In this document: in pieces, positions 33,548-43,833 of the stretch
How the letters are laid out: every line of letters begins with the position of its first letter
Numbering within the stretch: the stretch's first letter is position 1
Source: Spirochaetia bacterium
Lineage (GTDB): Bacteria > Spirochaetota > Spirochaetia > SZUA-6 > Bin103
DNA length: 64,000 nucleotides
Assembly: GCA_965198005.1 (NCBI GenBank)
Contig: CBDAOI010000003.1
Coordinates: 128,001-192,000, forward strand
Reading direction: 5' to 3'
Notes under the pieces: generated by a model
Databases searched by the model: none
Told to the model about the DNA's origin: nothing
The model's input: the letters and a program-made list of their open reading frames with translations, nothing else
Translations under genes and position numbers: made by a program

Positions 33548-33791
33548 GCTTGTTTACCTCTTCGACGTGGACGGTCTCGACAGCCCCTTCGCGGTGCACG
33601 ATATAGATGGCTCGGTAAGCGTCGCTGAGCCGGACGGCCCTGTACCCCCGCCAGTCAGCCTGGAGGGGGTGATCCCTGAAGCCTGGGATTGCCCGAGCTG
33701 CGGCGAGCCCTTCAAAACGGAGGACGATATGTTGCGGAACCTTGGCAAGTTGCTTCCTCGCAGCCTTGGACAGTTGGACTTCCACTGACAC
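33537..33791 (-). CDS. RelE/HigB-family toxin
   Basis: GFRDHPLQADWRGYRAVRLSDAYRAIY...VNKHDY. Confidence 0.8.
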   Translation of the reverse strand: MSVEVQLSKAARKQLAKVPQHIVLRFEGLAAARAIPGFRDHPLQADWRGYRAVRLSDAYRAIYIVHREGAVETVHVEEVNKHDY

Positions 33792-33820
33792 AGTGTACCC
33801 AGGTTAAGGGTACAGTCAAG
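33791..33820 (-). promoter_or_regulatory. TA promoter with palindromic operator
   Basis: Minus strand TTGACT-16bp-TACACT overlapping TGTACCC-N7-GGGTACA. Confidence 0.6.
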
Positions 33821-33897
33821 GTGGCGGGCAGGGCGTGAGCTTCTTACACCTTGACCGTGTAGGCCCCGGTTAGCTAGCTAGGTAGCTGGCTAGCTAG

Positions 33898-34509
33898 CTA
33901 GGCGCTTGCGCAGCCGCCGCCGGCCGTGCCGCCCGCGCCGCGCGCGGCGAGAATCTCCAGCACCCGGTCCAGCGGCACCTCCTCCGCGACCAGCAGCACC
34001 AGCAGGTGGTACAGGAGATCGGCCGCCTCGGCCGCCACCTCGGCCGCGGTGCGGGCGGTGATCACCTCGATCGCCTCCTCGCCCAGCTTCTTGCGGATCT
34101 TGTCGATCCCCGCCTGGAACAGATACGCCGTGTAGGAGCCCTCCGGCAGGGTGCGCCGGCGTGCGCGTAGGAGCCGTTCCAGGTGGGCCAGCTCCCCCGG
34201 CGCGACCACCCGCCGCGCCGCCGCCGGTTCGGACCGCCCGCCCGGCAGGCGCGCCTCGTACCAGCCGCCGGCGTCACGCACCGGCACGGCCTGGCCGCCG
34301 GTCGCCGCCAGTGGCAGCACGCGGCCGGTGGCGGTACGTTCCCACAGTTCGCCGCTCTCCACGCTCTTGCCGAACGCCTTGGCGTCCATCCGCGCGAGCG
34401 CGCGCACGGTGCCGGCGGCATCGACCACCACCAGCGGCCTGGTGTCCGGTTCGGCGCGGCTGACCCGAAGAGGCGGCCCGCCGGGCATGGCATCCTGCGA
34501 CATTTTCAT
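33898..34509 (-). CDS. hisE: Phosphoribosyl-ATP pyrophosphatase with degenerate HisI-like N-terminus
   Basis: PEGSYTAYLF, KKLGEEAIEV, EAADLLYHLLV. Confidence 0.88.
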   Translation of the reverse strand: MKMSQDAMPGGPPLRVSRAEPDTRPLVVVDAAGTVRALARMDAKAFGKSVESGELWERTATGRVLPLAATGGQAVPVRDAGGWYEARLPGGRSEPAAARRVVAPGELAHLERLLRARRRTLPEGSYTAYLFQAGIDKIRKKLGEEAIEVITARTAAEVAAEAADLLYHLLVLLVAEEVPLDRVLEILAARGAGGTAGGGCASA

Positions 34510-34543
34510 CGTCTCGTGCGGTCACGGAGTGACAGTGGCTGGC

Positions 34544-35293
34544 TCACCATTGCTGCGCCGCCTGCTCCTGCGGGTGGCGGCGCAGCAACGCGGCCAGATC
34601 CACCAGCCCCTCGTACCACGCCTTGCCGACGATCACCCCAGCCACGCCCGCCGCTTGGTGCCCGGCCACGGCCGCCACGTGCTGCTCCGAGCCGATACCG
34701 CCGGAGAGAATCACCGGCAGCCGCGCCGCCTGCGCCACCTGCAGCGTGCGATCGATGTCGGGACCGGCCAGGGTCCCGTCGCGCGCGATGCTGGTGTACA
34801 CGATGCCGCGCACCGGCTGGCCCGCGATCCGCGCCGCCAGCTCGGTGTCGGCGGTGGCGGCCCCCCGCTGCCAGCCGTCGGTCTTGACCACGCCGGCGTC
34901 GGCGTCGATGCCCGCGATCAGCCGGTCGCCCACGGCTGCCGCCCAGCGTCCCGGCAGCTCCGGATCGCGGGCGAGGGCCGACCCCACCACCACGCGGTCC
35001 ACGCCGACCGCCAGCAGTTGCTCGGCGTCCGCCAGGCGGCGGACCCCGCCGCCGACCTGGAGCCGGAGGCCGACCGCCGCACGGATCGCCCGAATCACCG
35101 CGCGGTTGTCGCCGCTGCCGCGGGCGGCGTCGAGATCCACGACGTGCAGCCAGCCCGCGCCCAGTTGCTCGAGCTCGACCGCGGTGCGCACCGCGTCCCG
35201 CGCGTAATCGGTAACGCGCGTGAAATCGCCCCGCGTCAGGCGCACGGGGCGCCCGTCGAGCAGGTCGATCGCGGGGAAGATCAGCACCGGCAT
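34544..35293 (-). CDS. hisA: ProFAR isomerase
   Basis: IFPAIDL, LHVVDLD, QVGGGVR, TSIARDGTLAGPD, SGGIGS. Confidence 0.95.
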   Translation of the reverse strand: MPVLIFPAIDLLDGRPVRLTRGDFTRVTDYARDAVRTAVELEQLGAGWLHVVDLDAARGSGDNRAVIRAIRAAVGLRLQVGGGVRRLADAEQLLAVGVDRVVVGSALARDPELPGRWAAAVGDRLIAGIDADAGVVKTDGWQRGAATADTELAARIAGQPVRGIVYTSIARDGTLAGPDIDRTLQVAQAARLPVILSGGIGSEQHVAAVAGHQAAGVAGVIVGKAWYEGLVDLAALLRRHPQEQAAQQW

Positions 35294-35354
35294 GGCGCCA
35301 GCGTAGCACGCCGGCGCCGACCGCGGACGTCGAGCAGGTCGATGGCGAGGAACA

Positions 35355-35906
35355 TCAGCACCGGGTATCCGGGTGGCGCTCCTCCCCGGCGCGCGCGATC
35401 TCGGCGTTGAAGGCGTGGCAGATCTGCTGTTGCAGCTCTTGCTCGGTCATGTTGTGGGACAGCAGGTCCTCGAAAAAATCACGCTTGCTGAGGCGGCAGA
35501 TGCCGGACAAGGCGGTCAGATAGTCACGGTACTTGTTGGGCGGAGTCGCCAATACGAACAACAACTTGACCGGCTGTCCGTCGAGCGCCTCATAGTCGAT
35601 TCCGACGCGTGAAATGCCGAGCGCAATCTTGACGTCACGCACGCCCGAAGTCTGGCCGTGGGCGGCGGCCACGCCGTGACCGATACCGGTGCTCTGGATC
35701 CGTTCGCGGCGGAGCACGGCGCGTTCGACTGCCGCACGCTGCTGGGCGTCGGAGAACACGGCCGCCCGCTGCACGACCTCATGTATCGCCTGAAACTTGT
35801 CGGTGTTTGTCAGGTTGTCGACCACCGTCCCCGACTGAAAGCAGCTCAACATCAGCGACAAATCGAAGCTATCAATCAGATTATCGGCGGTCAAGCTACG
35901 CCCCAT
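35355..35906 (-). CDS. PTS EIIA (Ntr/Fru-type) domain protein
   Basis: RERIQSTGIGHGVAAAHG, DYEALDGQPVKLLFVL. Confidence 0.85.
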   Translation of the reverse strand: MGRSLTADNLIDSFDLSLMLSCFQSGTVVDNLTNTDKFQAIHEVVQRAAVFSDAQQRAAVERAVLRRERIQSTGIGHGVAAAHGQTSGVRDVKIALGISRVGIDYEALDGQPVKLLFVLATPPNKYRDYLTALSGICRLSKRDFFEDLLSHNMTEQELQQQICHAFNAEIARAGEERHPDTRC

Positions 35907-35973
35907 GACCGCCGCCGGGTGACCGCGCCGGTGACCGCGCCGGCCGCTTCTGCTACGCTGCAGGCCGGACTCG

Positions 35974-38900
35974 ATGCGGATAGAGGTATGGTATCGCGAC
36001 GAGATCGGTGACGGGCGCGCCGCGCGCCTGCTGGATTCGTTGCGGGCCGCCTCCGGGAACGGCATCGAGAGCGTGGCGGTGCGCGACGTGTATATCGTTG
36101 CCGGGGTGCCCGGACTGCAGCCGGCGCGGCTGGTGGAGCTGGTGCGCGACCGGGTGGCGCAGGCGGCGGCGGTGGTGCCTGCGGCGGGCGGTGGCGCCGC
36201 GGGCGGTGGCGCGGCGGGCGGCGGGCCGGCCTGGGACCTGCTGCTCGAGGTCGCCGCCAGGCCGGGAGTCACCGACCCGGTGGCCACCACGTTGCGCGCC
36301 GCCTTGGTCAGCGTGGCCGGTCTGGACGTGCCGGCCGCGGCCGTGGTGCAGACCGCCCGCCAGTACCGGTTGCGCTACGGGTCCGCCGGGCCGTGCCACC
36401 CCGCCCTGCTGGAGACGCTGTTCAATCCCCTGATCCACGTCGGCGTGACCATCACCGCGCAGGAATGGGCGGCGGGAAAACGGCCGGCACAGGAGTACCC
36501 CACGGTGTCCGGTTGCAGCGCCGCCGGACACGCCGGGCACGTCGAGCGGTTTGCGGTCGCCACGCTGGCGGACGACGAGCTGGCCAAGCTGTCGGCCGAG
36601 CGCCTGCTGGCCCTGACCCTGCCGGAGATGCGCGCGGTGCGCGCCCACTATCAGTCGCCGGCGGTACGCGCGCGCCGGCGCGCAGCCGGGCTCGGTGAGG
36701 CGGCGACCGACCTCGAGCTCGAAATGATCGCGCAGACCTGGTCCGAGCACTGCAAGCACAAGATCTTCAACGCCACCATCGAGTACCGGGAGCAGGATCG
36801 GACCGAAACCATTCACTCTCTGTTCGACACCTGCATCCGTGCGACCACCCGCGCCGTGGATCCCCGCGACGGCTTCCTGCGGTCGGTGTTCCACGACAAC
36901 TCGGGCGTGATCGAGTTCGACGACACGACCCTGCTGTGCTTCAAGGCGGAGACCCACAACTCGCCATCCGCGCTCGACCCTTATGGCGGCGCGATTACCG
37001 GAATCGTCGGCGTGAACCGCGACATCATCGGCACCGGCCGCGGCGCCCGGCCGCTGTTCAACACCAACGTCCTGTGCTTCGCGCCACCCGGCATGGCCGG
37101 CGTGCCGCGCGGTCTGCTGCCGCCGCGCCGCGTGCTGGAGGGGGTGCACCGCGGCATCGTCGACGGCGGGAACCAGTCCGGCATCCCGACCGTGGCCGGC
37201 GCCTTCCTGTTCGATCCCAGCTTCGTCGGCAAGCCGCTGGTGTTCTGCGGCACCGGCGGCATCATGCCGGCCGAGGTGGGCGGAGCGCCGGCGTGGGAGG
37301 GGCAGCCGCAGGCGGGGGATCTGGCGGTGATGGTGGGCGGCCGCATCGGGCGCGACGGCATTCATGGAGCCACCTTCTCGTCGCTGGCGCTGGACCAGTC
37401 CTCACCCCGGTCCGCGGTGCAGATCGGCGACCCGATCACCCAGAAGAAGATGTCCGATTTCCTGCTGGAGGCGCGTGACCAGGGGCTGTTCCGAGCGATC
37501 ACCGACAACGGGGCGGGGGGGCTGTCGTCGTCGTTCGGGGAGATGGCGCGCGCCTGCGGGGGGGTGCGGCTGGAGCTGGAGCGGGCGCCGCTCAAGTATC
37601 TCGGGCTGGCGCCGTGGGAGATCCTGTTGTCCGAGTCGCAGGAGCGCATGAGCCTGGCGGTGGCGCCCGCCCGTTACCCCGCCCTGGAGGCGCTGGCGCG
37701 CCGGCGTGATGTGGAGGTGGCGGCGCTGGGGGAGTTCACCGCCGACGGGATGGTCGAGGTGCGCTACGCCGGGGGGCTGGTCGGGTTGCTCGACCTGAGG
37801 TTCCTGCACCAGGGGCTGCCGGAGATGGTGCTGCGCGCGCGCTGGGAGCCGCCCGCCGCCCCGGCCGCGCAGCCGGGGGCCGCGCCCGGCCGGCCGGACC
37901 CACCTCACCCACGCGACCCACCCGCCCCGCGCGCCATGCTGCTGCGCCTGCTGGCGGACCCCAACGTCGCCTCCAAGGAGCCGCTCGTGCGCCAGTACGA
38001 CCATGAGGTGCAGGCGCTCACGGTCGGCAAGCCGTTCGTGGGCGTGCGGATGGATGGGCCCAGCGACGGCGCCGTGCTGCAGCCGCGGCCCGGCTCGACC
38101 CGCGGCATTACCGTGACCCATGGCATCTGCCCCTGGTATTCGACCGTGGATCCCTACCACATGGCCCAGTGCGCGGTCGACGAGGCGGTGCGCGCGCACG
38201 TCGCCTGCGGCGGCGACCCCGACCGCATGGCGGCGCTGGACAACTTCTGCTGGCCGGACCCGGTGGCGGCGCCGGACAACCCCGACGGGGAGTACAAGCT
38301 GGGCCAGCTCGTGCGCGCCGCCCGCGGCCTGCACGACGCGTGCGTCGCGTATCGGCTGCCGCTGATCTCCGGCAAGGACTCGATGAAGAACGACGCCTTC
38401 GCCGGCGGCCGCCGCATCTCGGTGCTGCCCACCCTGCTGGTGTCGGTGCTGGGCATCGTGCGCGACCTGCGGCGTTCCCTCAGCTCGGACTTCAAGCGCG
38501 CCGGCGACCGAATCTTCGTGGTCGGCGAGGATCGCGGCGAGTTGCGCGCGTCCGCGTACGCACGGGCACTGCAGGCGGCGGGGCCGGCCGCGGGCGGACC
38601 GGCCGTGCCGCCGGGCGCTGCGCCGAGCGTCGACCCGGCGGCCGCGCTGCGCCGCTACCGGCTACTGCACCGGGCGGTCCGGGAGGAGCTGCCGGCGTCG
38701 GCCCACGACGTCGCGGACGGCGGCCTCGCCGTGGCGGCCGCCGAAAGCGCGATCGGCGGCCGCCTCGGCGCGCGGCTGGAGCTGGCGCGGGTGCCGGCGC
38801 GTGCGGTGGGGCCAGCAGCAGCCGCCGCGGCGGCGGGGGCGGCAGCACCACCAGCAGCCGCGGCGGGAGCAGCTCCGGCGGCACCGGCAGCGGTGGCGGC

Positions 38901-39599
38901 GGGGACGCCAACAGCGGTAACGGCGGCGGCAGCAGCGGGGGCAGCAGCGCAACCAGCAGCGGCAGCAGCAGCGGGGGCGCCAACGGCGGTAACGACGGCA
39001 GCAGCGGTAGCGGCGGCAACGGCAGCAATGGAAGCAACAGCGGCAGCGGCGGCAGCAGCGGGGGCACCAACAACGGCGGCGGCAGCGGCAGCAGCGCCAC
39101 CAGCGGCAGCAGCGGGGGCAGTGGAGGCGGCAGCGGCTGCTCCACCACCAGCGGCGCCACCACCAGCGGCAGCAGCAGCGCCAGCGGCAGCGCCAGCGGC
39201 AGCGCAGCACCAGCGGCAGCGCCACCAGCGGCAGCGGCGGCAGCGGCGGCAGCACTGCAAGCAACAGTGGTAGCGGCGGCAAACACCGGCGGAGCCGCCG
39301 GGCATCCCGGCACGGCGGCGGCCACCGACACCGCCGCGGCCGGGTCCACCGCCGATGCGCTTGGCCCGGCCGCCGCCTGGCGCTGGACCACGGCGCTGTT
39401 CAGCGAAACCGGCGGCCGCCTGCTGGTGACGGTGCCGGCGGACCGGGCCGACCGCTTCGCGGCGCTGTTCGCCGGGCAGGCGTGTGCGGAAGTCGGCGAG
39501 GTCACCGCCGATGGCGCGCTGAACGTGACCGCCGGCGGCGCACGCGTGGCGAGCTGGTCCGTGGGGGAGCTGGTGCGGGCGTGGCAGACCCCGATTTGA
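35974..39599 (+). CDS. purL: FGAM synthase PurL with low-complexity insertion and apparent frameshift(s)
   Basis: QTWSEHCKHKIF, KAETHNSPSA, DNGAGGLS, SESQERM, SGKDSMKND; C-terminal LFSETGGRLLVTV in a different frame. Confidence 0.9.
38811..39285 (+). repeat. GGC/AGC low-complexity triplet tract inside purL
   Basis: Runs of ggcagc/agcggc/accagc. Confidence 0.9.
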
Positions 39600-40388
39600 C
39601 GGTACCGGTCTGCATCGTCACCGGGTTCGGGATCAACACCGACCGCGAGATGGCGCACGCGTTCGCGCTCGCCGGCGGCCACCCGGTGCGGCTGCACGTG
39701 AACGATCTGATCGCCGACCCGGCGCGGCTGGCCGGGTTCCGGATCTTCGTGCTCCCGGGCGGGTTCTCGTTCGGCGACCACGTCGGGTCGGGCGCGATGC
39801 TGGCCGCGCTGATGGCGCGCACGCTACGCGCGTCGCTGGCCGCGTTCGTCGCGCGCGGCGGCCTGGTGCTGGGCGTCTGCAACGGGTTTCAGGTGCTGGC
39901 GCGGATGGGGCTGGTGCCCGCCGCCGCCGGCTGGTCGCAGTCGGTCGCCCTGGTCCACAACGCCTCCGGCCGATTCGAGGACCGCTGGGTGCGGGTCGCG
40001 TTCGACCCCGCGGCCCCCTGCGTGTGGACCCGCGGCATCGCGGCGCTGCCGCTGCCGGTGCGCCACGGCGAGGGCCGGCTGGTCGCCCCCGGCTGCGTGC
40101 TCCAAACCATCGAGACCCGCCACCTCGGCGTCGCCCGCTACGTAGCCCCCGACGGACGCGCCGGCCGCGCCCGCGGCGCCGGTGCCCTACCCGGCCAACC
40201 CCAATGGCTCGCTGCGCAATCTCGCCGGCCTGTGCGACCCCAGCGGCCGCGTCCTGGGCCTGATGCCGCACCCCGAGGCGTTCCTGCACCGGTACCACCA
40301 CCCCTGCTGGCGCAACGCCCCGGTCACCCCCGCCGACGGCGCGCTGCAACTGTTCCGCAACGCCGTACACCACGCACACCGTGCGTAG
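39581..40388 (+). CDS. purQ: FGAM synthase glutaminase PurQ, frameshift near 40170
   Basis: [30 protein letters not shown]...GLMPHPE in next frame. Confidence 0.9.
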
Positions 40389-40455
40389 CCGCACACCGCG
40401 ATTGGTGCTGACACCGGGCTTCCGATGATGTATCATATGGGGTACGAGACACTTG

Positions 40456-40529
40456 GGGGGCGTAGCTCAGTTGGCTAGAGCGCGTGAATGGCATTCACGA
40501 GGTCGTGGGTTCGATTCCCTTCGCCTCCA
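40456..40529 (+). tRNA. tRNA-Ala(GGC)
   Basis: GGGGGCG/CGCCTCC acceptor stem with G3:U70, TAGCTCAG D-arm, anticodon loop ATGGCAT, GGTTCGATTCC T-arm. Confidence 0.97.
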
Positions 40530-40534
40530 TCAAG

Positions 40535-40710
40535 TACGTGCAACGGCTCGTCGAGCCTGACGTTCCAGCGCGGTCACCGAGCGAGAGGTGAACACCTTGG
40601 TGACCAGCTTCCGGATGCGGGTATGCGAAAGGTCGGCGTCGCCTCCCGCACCCGCCCCAGCGCCGGGTACGGATCGTCCAGGAACCCGGGATCGTAGAAG
40701 TCCAGCCGCC
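40535..40710 (-). pseudogene. Cytochrome P450 fragments
   Basis: FLDDPYPAL..VRE joined to HTRIRKLVTKVFT. Confidence 0.55.
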
Positions 40711-40767
40711 AGGCCGCTTCGCGAAGATCGGGGTGGCGCGTGTCTCTTATCGCCATCTACCGACTCG

Positions 40768-40815
40768 TGGACGGACGAGGGACCGAGCGACGTGGAGATC
40801 GTGGACTACCACTGA
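40768..40815 (+). pseudogene. HigB toxin C-terminal remnant
   Basis: WTDEGPSDVEIVDYH*. Confidence 0.7.
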
Positions 40816-40834
40816 GGGGGCAACGAGCATAGGC

Positions 40835-41134
40835 ATGAGAAACGGAATGAGGCTGGTACATCCGGGCGAGATACTGCGCGGGGAACTTGATGAGATCGGA
40901 CTGTCGGCGAACGCGCTGTCGAAGGCGCTGGCGGTCCCGGTGAACCGGATCACGATGATCCTGAATGGCCAGCGCGGCGTGAGCGCGGACACGGCGCTAC
41001 GCTTGGCGAGGTACTTCGGGACGACGCCGCAGTTGTGGCTGAACCTGCAGAAGGCGTGGGAGTTGCGCCGGGCGGAGATCGCGGCGGGCGGTGAGATCAT
41101 CGCCCGAGTGACGCCCCGCCAGTCGGTCGCGTAG
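40835..41134 (+). CDS. higA: HigA antitoxin
   Basis: VHPGEIL, SADTALRLARYFGTTPQLWLNLQ. Confidence 0.92.
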   Translation: MRNGMRLVHPGEILRGELDEIGLSANALSKALAVPVNRITMILNGQRGVSADTALRLARYFGTTPQLWLNLQKAWELRRAEIAAGGEIIARVTPRQSVA

Positions 41135-41272
41135 CGCGCTGGCTGGCACCGCTGCGAGTCAATCTCTCATGGCGGAGGCGGCGGCGCCGATAAAGGAGGC
41201 GAGGGCCGTCGCGGGCAGCCCAGCAGGGTCACCCGTTATCGTCAATCTCGGTCGCCCCCGGGCGGCAAGCCG

Positions 41273-41975
41273 CTACTCCTGCTCGAACCCGTGATCGGTG
41301 AACTTGAGCGTTCGGCTGTTCTCGGTAACCGTACGCACGATGTGCTCGGGGGCGCCATCCGGGATTTCTGCTTCGATCTCCAGCGTCACGGTCAGGTTTG
41401 CACGCACCAGCCCGGCGAGATGCGCGATCACCTCATCGGCGATCTGGCTGGCATCGCGGCCGACGCGGGCAGCGTCGAGGGTAACGGCGCCGTGAAAACG
41501 CTTCAGTAGCCGCGGGGGAGGAGGCGGGGGCGGTGGGGGGTCTGGCCCGTTGCCTCCGTTGCCATTGCCACCACCGTTCGGAGGCGCGGGAACTGGCGCA
41601 TCGAGTTGCTTCCGGGCCACCGCGGGCTTGACGAGCAGACCCGGAGCATCTGCGTCGGGCAAGTTGATCCGATCTTGGACGCGTAGACCGCTATAACGTC
41701 CGGAACCCTCGTCGAAACTTTCGGCGAAAGCGAATGATTCCTGCTCCCAGGTCATCAACGACGTACCATCGCCGATGCTGCGCAACAGGACCTCCGGGCC
41801 CTTGAGCCGGGGCAGGTAGAGGTAGAGGTAGCGCGCGAAATCCTCGGCGAGTTGGGCAACGGACACGTGGTCGCCACGCCAGAGCGGGACACGGTCCAGC
41901 TCCATCCGCAAGAGCGTAGCGCCGTACGCGGTCATGAGCCCGTCCTGCGCCCGCAGCCGGCGGGACGCGCGAACC
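41273..41975 (-). pseudogene. C-terminal fragment of DUF499-family ATPase
   Basis: LWRGDHVSV, YLYLPRL, RFHGAVTLD...RTVTENSRTLKF. Confidence 0.75.
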
Positions 41976-42171
41976 GCTGCCCAGCCGGTGCTTGCCCACT
42001 ATGGAGCCCCTCCCGTCGCTGTCCAGCTCGCCGCGGCGCTTCTACTTCGACGGCAGCATCTACGACGGCTGGTCCAACGTGCCCAAGCGGTTCAGGGACC
42101 CGTTCTCCGACGTATCCGAGCCGAGTCGAATCACGGCCCCAACAATCTTCAGCTTCAAGTGGGAGTTGTGA

Positions 42172-42390
42172 CCTGAGCCACAGCCAGTTGTGCCAGAACG
42201 CCTGCCAGAAGGAGCGGTCCTCGAACAGCAGCCGGCGGAAGTTCTCCAGGCCGATGAACTCCGCCGGCCCGATGCCCGACCACTCGGTCATCGAGTAGTA
42301 CACGGCGCTCACCGACGGGCTGATCTTGACGACGAAGTGCAGCAGCAGAATCGGGACGATGAACGCCCAGGCGATCAGGCGCGCCCTGCT
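42172..42390 (-). pseudogene. Sugar ABC permease N-terminal fragment, start cut off by transposon copy 2
   Basis: YYSMTEWSGIGPAEFIGLENFRRL; its GTG lies at 46196 beyond the element. Confidence 0.8.
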
Positions 42391-42542
42391 TGTTGCCCGC
42401 CAGGTGAGATTTCCGGGATGTGGACAAATCCGCCAGTGGGGGTAGGATAGGTTCGCCCGGGAAGCGTTCCGGAGATCACGAAAAAAGATAGGGGCCACCG
42501 CCAGTACTTACTCCGGGTACAACGGTGACCCCCACCTAAAAG

Positions 42543-43214
42543 CTGGATCATCCTAAACTAGACGGCTTCGACTTTCAAGCCTACCGCCAATCCCTGATCA
42601 GAGAAGGCGGCAAGCGTCCCTGCGTGCTGTGCGGGGAGAGCCATGCGGTGGTGATTCATTGCTACTGCAAACGCCTGGTGCGGTGCACCGACGGCAGTAA
42701 TCACCAACACCTGATCGTGGTGATCATCTGTGAGCGGGCGCGGGAAGCGGGCACCCAGTACACCAAACGCATGCTGCCGTGGTTTGTGATTCCCGAGTGC
42801 AACATCAGGCTCGACCTGGTGCTCGAGCTGCGGAAGAAGCACCCCACGGCCGGCAGCGCGCGTGCCCACGCCTACGCGGTGATCGGCAGCGCCTGTGAGC
42901 GCACCATAGCGCGTCATCTGCTGTGGGTGGACGACACCATCGCAGCGATGCTGCTGGAGGTGAACGAGTGGGTGGCCGAGCTGGCGCCGTTCACCGCCTT
43001 GCCACCGGTGCGCGTGGGCGAAGGTGCGCTGGCGCAGTTGCGGCGCTCAGTGGCCGCGCTGGAGAAGGCCAGACAGGCCGCGCTCGGTATCACCGTAGCG
43101 TTCACCGTTGTCGGCTGCGTTCACCTCGCCTACGTCGCGGAGCGCGCCCGGAGCCCCCCGCCGCTTCCATTGAGTCTAGTATTTCGAGGCGGCTGTTGGT
43201 TCGATACCACTTAA
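42543..43214 (+). CDS. Zn-finger DUF6431-like protein (orf1, copy 2)
   Basis: Near-identical to 5064..5735. Confidence 0.65.
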   Translation: MDHPKLDGFDFQAYRQSLIREGGKRPCVLCGESHAVVIHCYCKRLVRCTDGSNHQHLIVVIICERAREAGTQYTKRMLPWFVIPECNIRLDLVLELRKKHPTAGSARAHAYAVIGSACERTIARHLLWVDDTIAAMLLEVNEWVAELAPFTALPPVRVGEGALAQLRRSVAALEKARQAALGITVAFTVVGCVHLAYVAERARSPPPLPLSLVFRGGCWFDTT

Positions 43215-43239
43215 GCATCCACCCTCAGGAGGCATCAAA

Positions 43240-43833
43240 GTGGATCAACTACTGGTTTCCCCCGACCGTTTGGCGCAGCTGGAAGAGCTGCTGCTGCTCT
43301 TTCATCGGATCTTGACCGAACCGACGCCACCGCCACGCCGCCGCGACTGGTTGCTGGAGCATTGCCGGCGCAGGAGCGCCGATGAGCGCGATCTGTGGCG
43401 TGCCCTGGCTGGCTACCGCAGCAGCGATGCGACGGCGTTGCTGCACGCCGACCACACCCGGGGGTCGATCTTCAGCCGCCAGGCGGCGCTGGTGCGGGAG
43501 AACATTCTGAGCCAGCTCATCGATGCTCCCCAGTGCGTGCTGGGCGGGTTCGATGAACTCTCCCAGCTGCTGCAGCTGATCGGCGACCGGTTGCAGTTTC
43601 TCTGTGACTGGGTGCTGGAGTTGTTCCTCACTCCCGAGCCGTGGCAGCAGATCGATTCACACCACCTGGAGGTAGCCGGCGAGGTGCTGCTGCAGAAGCT
43701 CGCCGAGGAGGTCGAGCGCCTGCGTGAGCTGTACGCTGAGCAGCCGCGCCTGTCCCTCGACGAGCTCACCAGCGAGTACCGCGATTGGCTGTGCCGGCGG
43801 GCCGTCGTCGGCGAGCGCGAGGACCTCGAATGA
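43240..43833 (+). CDS. Unknown helical protein (orf2, copy 2)
   Basis: One amino acid difference (P/Q) from 5761..6354. Confidence 0.75.
   Translation: MDQLLVSPDRLAQLEELLLLFHRILTEPTPPPRRRDWLLEHCRRRSADERDLWRALAGYRSSDATALLHADHTRGSIFSRQAALVRENILSQLIDAPQCVLGGFDELSQLLQLIGDRLQFLCDWVLELFLTPEPWQQIDSHHLEVAGEVLLQKLAEEVERLRELYAEQPRLSLDELTSEYRDWLCRRAVVGEREDLE

Noticed and set aside
33868-33902. TAGC tandem repeat after hisE
   Set aside because: Short, imperfect, single occurrence; no supportable function
39581-40388. purQ as a true pseudogene
   Set aside because: All catalytic motifs are present; a single frame break in a GC-rich insert is more likely an indel error, like several others in the window
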